A stretch of DNA of 64,000 nt. It comes from an uncultured Pseudomonadales bacterium (GTDB lineage: Bacteria > Pseudomonadota > Gammaproteobacteria > Pseudomonadales > Azotimanducaceae). The position numbers and the translations under genes are program-made. Under the pieces are notes generated by a model, which ran no database searches, was not told the DNA's origin, and was given only the letters and a program-made list of their open reading frames with translations. Of this stretch, positions 38,134 to 47,250 are shown piece by piece. Within the stretch, counting starts at the first letter, position 1. Every line of letters begins with the position of its first letter. The stretch is from NCBI GenBank assembly GCA_951813515.1, contig OX638346.1:735617-799616 (forward strand), written 5' to 3'.

Positions 38134-38471
38134 GCGCATCTTCGCGTCGCGCCGTCCGCGAACCGAAGCCGGGGCGGTTTCAGGCTGAACGGCAGGCGCT
38201 GCGGAAGATCCAGGTTCACTTCGAGTTCCGCCAGTCGCTGCTGCGCAAGGTCCGCCTCGCCGCGGCGGCGGCGGACCTGAGCTATTCCGACTACGTGAGA
38301 AAACTCGTGGGGCTGCCCTTCTCCAAGATACAGCGCCCGCGCATCAGCCTGTCCTTCAGCGATTCCGACCTCCGCGTCCTCGCAGAGCGTTACGCCAAGC
38401 CGGATGCCGACCCGCAAGCCCTGAAACGTTGCGTGCTGGAAGAGATCGAGTCACAACTGGACGACGCGTAA
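38130..38471 (+). CDS. small protein with two ribbon-helix-helix-like segments
   Basis: Its ATG overlaps the upstream stop (ATGA at 38130..38133). KIQVHFEFRQSLLRKVRLAAAAADLSYSDYVRKLVGL and RISLSFSDSDLRVLAERYAKPDADPQALKRCVLEEI both look like beta-strand/helix/helix units. Confidence 0.55.
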   Translation: MSASSRRAVREPKPGRFQAERQALRKIQVHFEFRQSLLRKVRLAAAAADLSYSDYVRKLVGLPFSKIQRPRISLSFSDSDLRVLAERYAKPDADPQALKRCVLEEIESQLDDA

Positions 38472-38561
38472 GCCATCATCCCGTCGCATTGAAGCACTCG
38501 GCATCGCCCTGATAGTCTCTTCGGCGATGCGACTGTCGCGATAACCCCCTTGCCTGCCCCT

Positions 38562-39653
38562 ATGCTCTGGCGACTCCTGCGCCGACGGCGATACCTGCGC
38601 TACACGCGGTACGTCGCCGGCGCGATCAAGCGGCGCCTGTATCTGACGGCCGCCCTGTTCGCGGGACTGTTCTGCCTGCACGTGGTGGCGATGATCGTGT
38701 TCGAGGACATGACCCCCGGCGATGCCGCGTGGCTCACGATGACCACCGCGACGACGGTCGGCTACGGCGACGCTTCCGCTGTCACAGCCGCCGGGCGATT
38801 GGCCACGGTGGTGTGCATCTATGTCTTCGGAACCTTCCTGCTGGCGCAGATCGCCACGTACATATTCGACTATCGCGCGCTGCAACGGGATCGCCGGCGG
38901 CGCGGGGAAATCAGGTGGAGCAACATGAAAGATCATCTGCTGGTAATCAACGTCCCGGCCCAGGACGCCGAGAACTACCTGCCGCGGCTGGTGGACCACG
39001 TCCGGCGTGCGCCGCGCCTCGGCGACATTCCGATACAGTTGCTGACGCCCGACTTCGAGGACGGCCTGGGCAACGAACTCGTCGATGCCGGCGTCACCCT
39101 GTACCGCGCCATGGCCGAGAACTCCGAGAACCTGGCCGCAGCCAACGTCAGCCACGCGCGCTGCATCATCATCGTCGCCGACGAAATCTACGATGCCCGC
39201 TCGGACGCGCACACGTACGACATCCTCGGCCGCATCCGCGAGTTGGGAACGCAAGCCACCATCGTGGCCGAGGTCGTGGATGACGCAAACCGCCAACGCA
39301 TCCTCGAAGCCGGCGCCACCACCGTGATCCGACCGATCCGCGCCTACCCGGAATTCGTCGTGCGCGCGTTGACCGCGCCCGGCGTCGAACAGGTGCTGGA
39401 AACGATGTTCACCCACGAAGCCGGACGGCTGGCGCGGTTCGACGCGCACTTCGAGGGGCTGCTCTGGCGCGACGTGGTGGTGAGTTTCGCGCGCGGCAAC
39501 GCCGGCATCCCGATGGGCTACTTCGACCAGCGCGGCGTACATACAAACCCCGCCCCGGACGAGGTCTGCAGCGGCCACGGCATCATCACGCTGATCAACG
39601 ACAGCCTCAATGTGACGCCTATGCTTGTGGAGTCGTGCCTGCGGGCGTCCTGA
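38562..39653 (+). CDS. two-TM potassium channel with RCK/TrkA-N domain
   Basis: Selectivity filter TTATTVGYGD, followed by the Rossmann-like region HLLVINVPAQDAENYLPRLV. Confidence 0.85.
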   Translation: MLWRLLRRRRYLRYTRYVAGAIKRRLYLTAALFAGLFCLHVVAMIVFEDMTPGDAAWLTMTTATTVGYGDASAVTAAGRLATVVCIYVFGTFLLAQIATYIFDYRALQRDRRRRGEIRWSNMKDHLLVINVPAQDAENYLPRLVDHVRRAPRLGDIPIQLLTPDFEDGLGNELVDAGVTLYRAMAENSENLAAANVSHARCIIIVADEIYDARSDAHTYDILGRIRELGTQATIVAEVVDDANRQRILEAGATTVIRPIRAYPEFVVRALTAPGVEQVLETMFTHEAGRLARFDAHFEGLLWRDVVVSFARGNAGIPMGYFDQRGVHTNPAPDEVCSGHGIITLINDSLNVTPMLVESCLRAS

Positions 39654-39673
39654 GAGAGCGACGGGAGGACACG

Positions 39674-40051
39674 ATGTCACAGGATTCCACACGCACGGGG
39701 CAGTTCGGCCTTGTCGGGACCAAGTTCATGCTGTCCGCGCAGGACATGGATCGAGCCGTCGCGTTCTACCGCGACGTGATCGGGCTCGACCTCACGGTAA
39801 GCTCGCCCTGGTGGAGCGAGCTGACCTTCGGCACGGCGATCATCGCGCTGCACGGAGGCGGCAGCGGAGAGTTCAGGCGCACCGGACTCTCGTTCACGGT
39901 GGAGGACATCGATGCCGCGTGCGAGGCGGTGACCCAGGGAGGCGGTCGCGTCCGGTCCGGTCCGGAGGATCGCGGCGATGAAGGCATCTACCTCGCCGAA
40001 CTCACCGACCCGGAGGGCAACGGATTCATGATGAGTCAGAACAAACCGTGA
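39674..40051 (+). CDS. VOC (glyoxalase/bleomycin-resistance) family protein
   Basis: DMDRAVAFYRDVIGLDL...LTDPEGNGFMM. Confidence 0.8.
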   Translation: MSQDSTRTGQFGLVGTKFMLSAQDMDRAVAFYRDVIGLDLTVSSPWWSELTFGTAIIALHGGGSGEFRRTGLSFTVEDIDAACEAVTQGGGRVRSGPEDRGDEGIYLAELTDPEGNGFMMSQNKP

Positions 40052-41937
40052 CGGGCGGGATGCTCCAGCACGCGCGTGACCTGCTGCGGGAGGTCTACGG
40101 CTATACCGACTTTCGCGACGCCCAGGAAGAGGTCCTCGCCGCCGCGCTCGCAGGCCGCGACACCCTGGTCGTCATGCCCACGGGCGCCGGCAAGTCCCTG
40201 TGCTACCAGTTGCCCTCCATCATGCGGCCGGGAACCGGTCTCGTCGTCTCGCCGCTCATCGCGTTGATGCAGGACCAGGTCGGCGCCCTGCGGCAACTCG
40301 GCGTTCGTGCCGCGTTCCTGAATTCGACCCTCGCGTACGACGAGCAATGGCGCATCATCGAAGCAGTGCGGGCAGGCGCGCTCGACTTGCTGTATCTCGC
40401 ACCGGAGCGTCTGTTGCAGGAAGACACGTTGTCCCTCCTCGCGGGCGTCGACCTGTCCCTGATCGCCATCGACGAGGCGCACTGCGTATCGCAATGGGGC
40501 CACGACTTCCGCCAGGACTATCTCGGTCTTGACGTATTGCGCGACCGGTTCCCGGGCGTTCCGCGCATGGCGCTGACGGCCACGGCGGACGCCACCACGC
40601 GCGACGATATCCTGGCGAAGCTTGCGTTCGACTCCGGGGCCAAGCGCTTTGTCAGCGGTTTCGACCGGCCCAACATCCGCTACACCGTGCGCGCGAAGAC
40701 CGACGCCAACGCCCAGTTGCGCGCCTTTCTCGAAGAGCGCCGCGGTGAAGCGGGAATCGTCTACGCGATGACGCGCAAGAAAACGGAATCGATCGCGGAA
40801 ATGCTGAACGCGCGCGGGTTCACCGCGCTGCCCTACCATGCCGGCTTGCCCGGCGATGTCCGCGCCACATCACAGGGCCGGTTCCTGCGCGAGGACGGTG
40901 TCATCGTTGTCGCCACGATCGCGTTCGGCATGGGCATCGACAAGCCCGATGTCCGTTTCGTCGCCCACGTGGACCTGCCGAAGAGTGTCGAGGCCTACTA
41001 CCAGGAAACCGGCCGGTCCGGCCGCGACGGCGAGCCGGCGGAAGCATGGATGGTCTATGGTTTGCAGGACGTGGTTCGAATGCGCCAGATGGTGGACATG
41101 TCCGAGGCCGACGATCAGCACAAGCGGATCGAACGCGGCAAGCTCGACGCCCTGCTCGGCTGGTGCGAGGTGACGACTTGCAGACGCCGCGCGCTGCTCC
41201 GGCACTTCGGCGACGATCTCCCGGAGGACTGCGGCAATTGCGACGTGTGCCTGACGCCGCCCGAGACGCAGGACGGCACCACCGCGGCGCAGAAGCTCCT
41301 CTCCGCCATCTATCGCACCGGCCAGCGCTTCGGAGCGGGCCACGTGATCGACGTCCTGCGCGGCAAAGACACGGAGAAGATTCGCCAATGGGGGCACGAA
41401 CGGTTGAGCACCTACGGTATCGGGGCCGACCTCTCGGTCACCGAGTGGCGCTCGTTCGTGCGCCAGCTCATGGTCCAGGGATTCGTGCGCGCCGACGACG
41501 CACGCTTCGGAGCGCTGCGTCTGACGGCCGACGCCAGGGCCGTGCTGCGCGGCGAAAGGACGGTGCGGCTACGCAAGGATGCATCCGTCAAACCCCGTGT
41601 CCGGACCGTCAGCCAGCGGGAAGTGTTCGAAGTCGATCCCAAGGACCAGGACCTTTGGGAAACGCTGCGGCAGTGCCGTCGGGACCTGGCGGAGGAGGCG
41701 GGCGTGCCGCCCTATGTGATCTTCCACGACGCGACGCTGAAGGAGATGCTGCATCGGCGTCCGGTCTCCCTCGAGGAGATGCTGGCCATACACGGCGTCG
41801 GCCAAGCTAAACTTGAGCGCTACGGCGCGGCATTTCTCGACGCCCTACACGGAGAGGAGAACCCTGAGCCTGCTGGCGCCCCGGGGAGCTCATCACAAGG
41901 AGAGATACGGGAGGAGCTATCGTGGCAGGACCACTAG
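40048..41937 (+). CDS. recQ: ATP-dependent DNA helicase RecQ
   Basis: MPTGAGKSLCYQLP, DEAHCVSQWGHDFR, the zinc-binding CRRRALLRHFGD..CGNCDVC, and a C-terminal HRDC domain (PPYVIFHDATLKEM). The GTG overlaps the VOC stop. Confidence 0.95.
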   Translation: MTGGMLQHARDLLREVYGYTDFRDAQEEVLAAALAGRDTLVVMPTGAGKSLCYQLPSIMRPGTGLVVSPLIALMQDQVGALRQLGVRAAFLNSTLAYDEQWRIIEAVRAGALDLLYLAPERLLQEDTLSLLAGVDLSLIAIDEAHCVSQWGHDFRQDYLGLDVLRDRFPGVPRMALTATADATTRDDILAKLAFDSGAKRFVSGFDRPNIRYTVRAKTDANAQLRAFLEERRGEAGIVYAMTRKKTESIAEMLNARGFTALPYHAGLPGDVRATSQGRFLREDGVIVVATIAFGMGIDKPDVRFVAHVDLPKSVEAYYQETGRSGRDGEPAEAWMVYGLQDVVRMRQMVDMSEADDQHKRIERGKLDALLGWCEVTTCRRRALLRHFGDDLPEDCGNCDVCLTPPETQDGTTAAQKLLSAIYRTGQRFGAGHVIDVLRGKDTEKIRQWGHERLSTYGIGADLSVTEWRSFVRQLMVQGFVRADDARFGALRLTADARAVLRGERTVRLRKDASVKPRVRTVSQREVFEVDPKDQDLWETLRQCRRDLAEEAGVPPYVIFHDATLKEMLHRRPVSLEEMLAIHGVGQAKLERYGAAFLDALHGEENPEPAGAPGSSSQGEIREELSWQDH

Positions 41938-43112
41938 ACGGCATTCGGGTACTCGAGGCGGGCCTGTTGATTCAGGGCCCCCAGGCCTCGCTGCTGCTGG
42001 GCGACATGGGCGCCGATGTCGTCAAGATCGAACTCCCGGGATACGGCGACCACAGCCGCAACATCAAGGTCGAACCGGGCGATCCGCGTAGTGCCGTCTT
42101 CAGCGCCTGCAACCGTGGCAAACGCAGCGTTTCCCTGAACCTCGGCCATCCCGAGGGCGCGGAGGTCTTCAAGCGCCTGGTTCGAGACGCCGATGTGGTG
42201 ATCACCAACTTCACACCCGGCACCATGGAAAAGTGGGGACTCGGCCACGACGATCTCGCCGCCGTCAATCCGCGCATCATCTGCGCCCAGGGAAGCACTT
42301 TCGGATCATTGGGACCCGACGCCGCGCGCCAGGGCGCCGACCTCGCGGCGCAGGCCGCCGGCGGACTGGTGAGCACCACGGGACGCGACGGCGATCCGGC
42401 GTCTCCCGTCGCCATCTTCATCGCCGATCACATCGCCTCGCTGAACATGGTCGCGGGAATCCTGTCGGCGCTGCACCACAGGAACCACACCAGCCGCGGG
42501 CAACAGGTCGACGTGTCGCTTCTCGGGGGACAGATCTGGGCGCAAGCCGCCGAATACACTCATCTCATGCTGACCGATCGGGTCGCCGGGCGCGCGAACC
42601 TCGGTCATCCGATGATCAGGACCATCTACGACCTCTTCCCCACGGCCGACGGCTGGATCGCCATCGTCGGTGTGCGTGGCCGCGAAAAGGACGCGTTTTT
42701 CATCGCCCTCGAACGCCCCGACCTGACCGTCGACAAGCGTCTGCAGGACAGGGAAATGACGCCGGAAGTCCATGCCTGGCTACGTGAAGAACTGGCGCAG
42801 GTGTTCAGAACCCGGACTACCGACGCCTGGTGCGACACCCTGCGTGACACCGGCGTTCGGTACGCGCCGGTGCGCGACCATCGACAGGCGCTGGCCGATC
42901 CCGGCACCTGGGAAAACGGCTACTTCACCGAAGCGCCAGACCGTGACGGCGACAGCCGCGGGATCGTGGCAACGCCGATCCGCATGAGCGAGACGCCCCT
43001 GGAACCGAACGCCGCCGTGCCCGAACTCGGCGAGCACACCGATGAGGTGCTCCGGGAAGCCGGTATCAGCGATACCGAAATCGCCGCCCTGCGCGAAGCG
43101 AAGGCGATCTGA
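41922..43112 (+). CDS. CaiB/BaiF family (type III) CoA-transferase
   Basis: LDGIRVLEAGLLIQGPQASLLLGDMGADVVKIE...NRGKRSVSLNL. Confidence 0.9.
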   Translation: MAGPLDGIRVLEAGLLIQGPQASLLLGDMGADVVKIELPGYGDHSRNIKVEPGDPRSAVFSACNRGKRSVSLNLGHPEGAEVFKRLVRDADVVITNFTPGTMEKWGLGHDDLAAVNPRIICAQGSTFGSLGPDAARQGADLAAQAAGGLVSTTGRDGDPASPVAIFIADHIASLNMVAGILSALHHRNHTSRGQQVDVSLLGGQIWAQAAEYTHLMLTDRVAGRANLGHPMIRTIYDLFPTADGWIAIVGVRGREKDAFFIALERPDLTVDKRLQDREMTPEVHAWLREELAQVFRTRTTDAWCDTLRDTGVRYAPVRDHRQALADPGTWENGYFTEAPDRDGDSRGIVATPIRMSETPLEPNAAVPELGEHTDEVLREAGISDTEIAALREAKAI

Positions 43113-43124
43113 TACGGCAACCCG

Positions 43125-44534
43125 TCAATCGGGCACTACTGCTTCGGCGGTCGGCGTCAGCCCCCGCGTTACGCGCATGAGCATCGCCAGCGCCGCAAGC
43201 AGCACCACGGTCCCGACAAGCAGCGCCAACGACTCCAGCCGCAGAATCGCGTAGAGCACGGCGTACAAGGCCACGAGCCCGCAGAACGCCGCGCCCGCGA
43301 GCCGTCGATTGCCGGTCGAACCGTTGGCGTACCAGGCGATCATCCCCGAAAGCACCGTCGCCGCCAGGGCATAGCCCAGTGTGAAGCCGATGTGTTCCGC
43401 CAGGGCCAGGAGCGTCAGGAAGAAAAGCACGAGCGCAGCGCTCGTCACCGCATACTGCACGAAGTGAAATCGGATGCCGGTAGCCAGCTCAAGACAGAGC
43501 ACGCTCACGAGCGTCAGGAGCACGAACAGGATGCCGTACTTGGTGCTCCGCTCGACGCCAAGATACAGGTCGAAGGGTTCGAAGGCGCTAAAACCCAAGT
43601 CCTTGTCCTTGAAATATCCGCCCTCGATCGACGAAATCTCCATCATGCTCGAGAACCCCCGCGCCAAGTGCCCGGTAGTCCACGAGGCCGTGAAACCGCG
43701 ACCGTGGATGTCGTGCGTGTCCGGCAGCAGGCGGCCATCGAAGCTCGGATGCGGCCAACTGGATTTCATCGCCAACGTCGAACTATCGCCCACCGGCACC
43801 GCCGAGAAGCGACCGATGCCCCGCAGATCGAGCGCCAGGGAAAACTCGCCGCCAAGCGTCGCGTCCTCCCCCAGTCCGGCGGTCAGGCCGTTCTCGACCG
43901 GTTCGCCACTCGACGGGGCACTCAATCTCACCTCCGCGTCTCGCCACACCAGGGTCGCCTCACGAATCCCGCGCGGATCGGAGATGCCGACACCGAGGAA
44001 AGCCAAATCCAAACGTAGCGCGCCGAACCGGTCTTCCAGGTCGTTCACGTCAAGCGGCGCGAACACGCCCTCGGCAGCGACGTCAACACTGAATGCGGCC
44101 ACCTCGAAAATCCCGCGCCGGCGCATCTCGTGACTGGTCCTCATCTGGATGTCAATGTGCTCGGGCATCACCGCCAGGTAGTTCTGGCGGCGTCCGCTGA
44201 TGCTGTCGTCAACGATACGGATGTCCAGCCGCTCGGGCGCGACCTCCACCTGATCGGCATCGCGACGCTCGCGCCCGCTGTCATCGATGGGGATGAACAT
44301 GATGGGCCCGACGATGCGCTGCTCCTCTCCCCAGGAATGGGCAATGCCCCCTATGGCTTCCTCGCGGTACCCCTCCCGGTCACCGGCCGTACATCTCACG
44401 AGCCCGAGCGGAATCAACGAAGCCAAAATGAGCGCGGCGACGACGACGAACCGTAGAGAAACCGAGCGCTGGCTTAGCCCAATACCCCGCATGCCCCCAG
44501 ATGGGAGAGTTGACTCCGAATGTTCCTCGCTCAT
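43125..44534 (-). CDS. creD: cell envelope integrity protein CreD
   Basis: The C-terminal TM block KYGILFVLLTLVSVLCLELATGIRFHFVQYAVTSAALVLFFLTLLALAEHIGF is characteristic of CreD. Start taken at MSEEHS. No creABC genes are nearby. Confidence 0.8.
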   Translation of the reverse strand: MSEEHSESTLPSGGMRGIGLSQRSVSLRFVVVAALILASLIPLGLVRCTAGDREGYREEAIGGIAHSWGEEQRIVGPIMFIPIDDSGRERRDADQVEVAPERLDIRIVDDSISGRRQNYLAVMPEHIDIQMRTSHEMRRRGIFEVAAFSVDVAAEGVFAPLDVNDLEDRFGALRLDLAFLGVGISDPRGIREATLVWRDAEVRLSAPSSGEPVENGLTAGLGEDATLGGEFSLALDLRGIGRFSAVPVGDSSTLAMKSSWPHPSFDGRLLPDTHDIHGRGFTASWTTGHLARGFSSMMEISSIEGGYFKDKDLGFSAFEPFDLYLGVERSTKYGILFVLLTLVSVLCLELATGIRFHFVQYAVTSAALVLFFLTLLALAEHIGFTLGYALAATVLSGMIAWYANGSTGNRRLAGAAFCGLVALYAVLYAILRLESLALLVGTVVLLAALAMLMRVTRGLTPTAEAVVPD

Positions 44535-44933
44535 GGGCAACACCGCATTTCGCCGTAGATGGACAGATGCTAGGAGAGCGTCCCCAGGAGAAGGTGCAGG
44601 AAACCCGCAAAAGCGGGAAACGCCCATTCCCGGTTTGCGACCGCGAGCACACCGAGGCACACGCAGTCGTACTGCCACACGTCGAGGGCACTACATCAGC
44701 GTGAGCAAGTACACACGGCCGCCGATTTCGACGACCCACAGCAACACGACCGTCGCCTTCGCCAACACGGCCCAGGCCGTCCGTCCCAGGTATTTTCCCA
44801 TGCCTGTCAGATGGCCAACGAGATGACGCACTGGATTACGAAGGACATCCCAAACACGCGTTCGTCGATTGCGCCGGGCAACCCCATCAAAGCAACATTG
44901 GACCGCATGTGACTCAACCCGAGAGAACCCGCG

Positions 44934-46220
44934 ATGAAAATTCTCGGCTACTGCCTGGCGGCTCTCGTCGCCGTTGCGCTGGCGCTGTATTTTGCGTTCT
45001 TCTTCAACCCCCAGTCGGAAGAGCAGGAGGCGATGAACGCGGCCTGGGGGCGGTTCGCCGAGAACGTCGGGGACCTCAACGGTGTTATCGAGAACGCTCC
45101 GTTCAATCGCGACGAACAGGCCGCTGCGGCGGGGTATCGGCACATCGCCCGCTTTCTCGCCACCTTCCTGGCCGACTCCATGGACTATCGCGACCCGGAA
45201 TATCCGCGGTTCTCGCGCTTCCCGAACACCGTCGCGCGCATCGGCTGGGACAATCCGGACAATCCCTATCTCGCGTTTCCCGTGCGTGGCGATCACACCT
45301 ACCGGCTACGCGGGAACACGCGCAACTTCGACCTCGTGACGATCAACGTCTACAGCGGAATGCTGGGCCACACGCCGGTGTCGGACATCCGCACGGTATC
45401 GAGCATCGCCTCGGACGATCTCGCCTCGGACGAGAACGGCGACTTTGTCCTGACCTTAAGCGCCACGTCGGCCGAAGGCGACTGGCTCAAGCTGGAGCCG
45501 GACGCCTTCATCGTCGTGATACGACGACTGGTCTCCGACTGGGAGAAGACCGATGAGGGACTGTGGGAAGTCCTCAATCTCACCACCCTCGGCAAGGGTT
45601 CGCCCCGCCCGACGCCCGAGTCGATCGCCCAAAGACTCGACGACGCCGTCACCCAGACCCGCGACCTGAGAGAACTGCTCACCATCGCGCATCGGATCAG
45701 CTTTCAGCTTGCGCTCAGCCCCAACGAGGTGTCGGAACCCGCCGTGGCGGATCCGAATCTGCCCATGGCCGACCCCTTCCAGGCAGCTTCCCGGGGCTAC
45801 TTCCGACTGCAAGAGGACGAAGCGCTGCTGGTAGAGGCACCCACCGCCGACTGTCGGTACACCAACATCCAACTCGCCAATCCGTGGATGGAGTCGCTCG
45901 ACTACGCGAGCCACCAGGCGAGCCTGAATCACCGCACTGCCCACGTCGACGCGGATGGCCGCGTGCGCTACGTCATCAGCCTCAAGGACCCGGGCGTTCA
46001 GAACTGGCTGGACACCGCCGGCTGGGCCGAGGGGTCGCTCTATGCCCGCTGGACGTATTGCATCGAGTATCCGACCGACATCTCCGCCCGCCTTATCAAG
46101 CTCACCGACCTCGACCAGCACTTGCCCGCCGACACGCCGAGAGTCGATCCCGCGGAACGCGCGCGGATCGTGGCGGCGCGGCAGGCCGCTATCAGCCAGC
46201 GCTATGCCGGGGGTTCGTAG
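44934..46220 (+). CDS. membrane-anchored hypothetical protein (possibly DUF1214-like)
   Basis: N-terminal TM MKILGYCLAALVAVALALYFAFFF. IGWDNPDNPYLAFPVRGDHTYRLRGN resembles DUF1214 proteins, but this is a weak call from memory. Confidence 0.6.
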   Translation: MKILGYCLAALVAVALALYFAFFFNPQSEEQEAMNAAWGRFAENVGDLNGVIENAPFNRDEQAAAAGYRHIARFLATFLADSMDYRDPEYPRFSRFPNTVARIGWDNPDNPYLAFPVRGDHTYRLRGNTRNFDLVTINVYSGMLGHTPVSDIRTVSSIASDDLASDENGDFVLTLSATSAEGDWLKLEPDAFIVVIRRLVSDWEKTDEGLWEVLNLTTLGKGSPRPTPESIAQRLDDAVTQTRDLRELLTIAHRISFQLALSPNEVSEPAVADPNLPMADPFQAASRGYFRLQEDEALLVEAPTADCRYTNIQLANPWMESLDYASHQASLNHRTAHVDADGRVRYVISLKDPGVQNWLDTAGWAEGSLYARWTYCIEYPTDISARLIKLTDLDQHLPADTPRVDPAERARIVAARQAAISQRYAGGS

Positions 46221-46272
46221 CGGTCGAATACGGCAACGGCTGGAGCGGCGATCCACGCTCGCCTCCTCGAGG

Positions 46273-46980
46273 TCACGCCGAGTAGGCCGTCTCGCTCTCC
46301 CTGACTCGCAGACTGTCAGACAATCTCTCCGCCTCGCGCAACCGCCTCAGGGCCTCGTCCCGCGAGACGAGTGACGGCGCACGCGGCAAACCGGCAATCG
46401 CCCGTTCCAGCCAATTCGCTGGCGGAGGATCCATGAACGTGACCATGCCCTCGCACACGGTCGCCACCAGTCTGTGTTGCTGCCCCGCGTTGTCCAGGAA
46501 GTAGACGACGTCAGCAACGCCGGCGACTCGGCGTGCGTTGTCCAACGCACGGGGAAGCCGCCTTTCCTGGGCCTGTCGCGAAATGTCGTGACCTCCCGAT
46601 GCGGCGCGAAACGTGACTCGGCTCCTGGTTGTCTTCGTCGACTGGATACCGATGAACACCACGACGATACGAAAGCCCGCCGCACGCGCGGAGGAAACGC
46701 TGCGAAGGATCTCCTGGCCCGACAGCGTGGTTTCCCGCACGAGCGGCTTTCGCGTCGCGATCAGCGATCGCGTGCGCTGGATCACTTCCCGTCCGGCCCT
46801 TACTTCTGCCGAAGTCTGGCTCGAGGTCGCCGCCAACCGTCTCGCGATATCGTCCGCATTCAGGTATTCGCCGGCCTCGTAGCCCGCATCCAGAAGGCGG
46901 CGGTACGCCGTGGTCTTGCCCGACCCGTTCGGGCCCGCAAACAGCGTGAAGCGCGGCCGGTCAGTGGTATCGAACGCCAT
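46273..46980 (-). CDS. zeta-toxin-like P-loop kinase/ATPase
   Basis: PRFTLFAGPNGSGKTTAYRRLL (Walker A) and LVRETTLSG..FRIVVVFIG fit the zeta/AAA_33-like layout. Start at MAFDTT. Confidence 0.7.
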   Translation of the reverse strand: MAFDTTDRPRFTLFAGPNGSGKTTAYRRLLDAGYEAGEYLNADDIARRLAATSSQTSAEVRAGREVIQRTRSLIATRKPLVRETTLSGQEILRSVSSARAAGFRIVVVFIGIQSTKTTRSRVTFRAASGGHDISRQAQERRLPRALDNARRVAGVADVVYFLDNAGQQHRLVATVCEGMVTFMDPPPANWLERAIAGLPRAPSLVSRDEALRRLREAERLSDSLRVRESETAYSA

Positions 46981-47221
46981 CCAGCGAGACCTTGTACTGC
47001 CGGAACAGGGCGAGGACGGCTTCTCGATCATCCGGGTCCGGCATCGGCGTGTAGGATCCGTCGGGGTGGTAAAGGACCGTCTCGCCGTCGATCTCGATCA
47101 CGCGCGATATCCCCAACCGGTCGCATTCCTCGTTGAACTTGCGACCGCCCTCGTCCAGGACTGCCATGAACTCGACCGGATCAAGATCCTCGATGTACTT
47201 CTTGCTGGTCGGCTTCGGCAT
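46961..47221 (-). CDS. small acidic protein, candidate antitoxin partner
   Basis: 86 aa and D/E-rich. It ends 20 nt inside the start of the zeta-like gene. I recognise no family. Confidence 0.5.
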   Translation of the reverse strand: MPKPTSKKYIEDLDPVEFMAVLDEGGRKFNEECDRLGISRVIEIDGETVLYHPDGSYTPMPDPDDREAVLALFRQYKVSLDGVRYH

Positions 47222-47250
47222 CGACTATCCCCCAATCCGAGCGTCGCGGC

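Noticed and set aside
38451-39692. 413-aa minus-strand ORF
   Set aside because: It is antisense to the K+ channel gene, which carries a TVGYGD filter. A shadow ORF.
44691-45296. 201-aa minus-strand ORF overlapping the start of 44934..46220
   Set aside because: The plus-strand ORF has a clean N-terminal TM anchor and a protein-like sequence. The minus ORF is Arg/Gly/Val-rich and spans an intergenic region.
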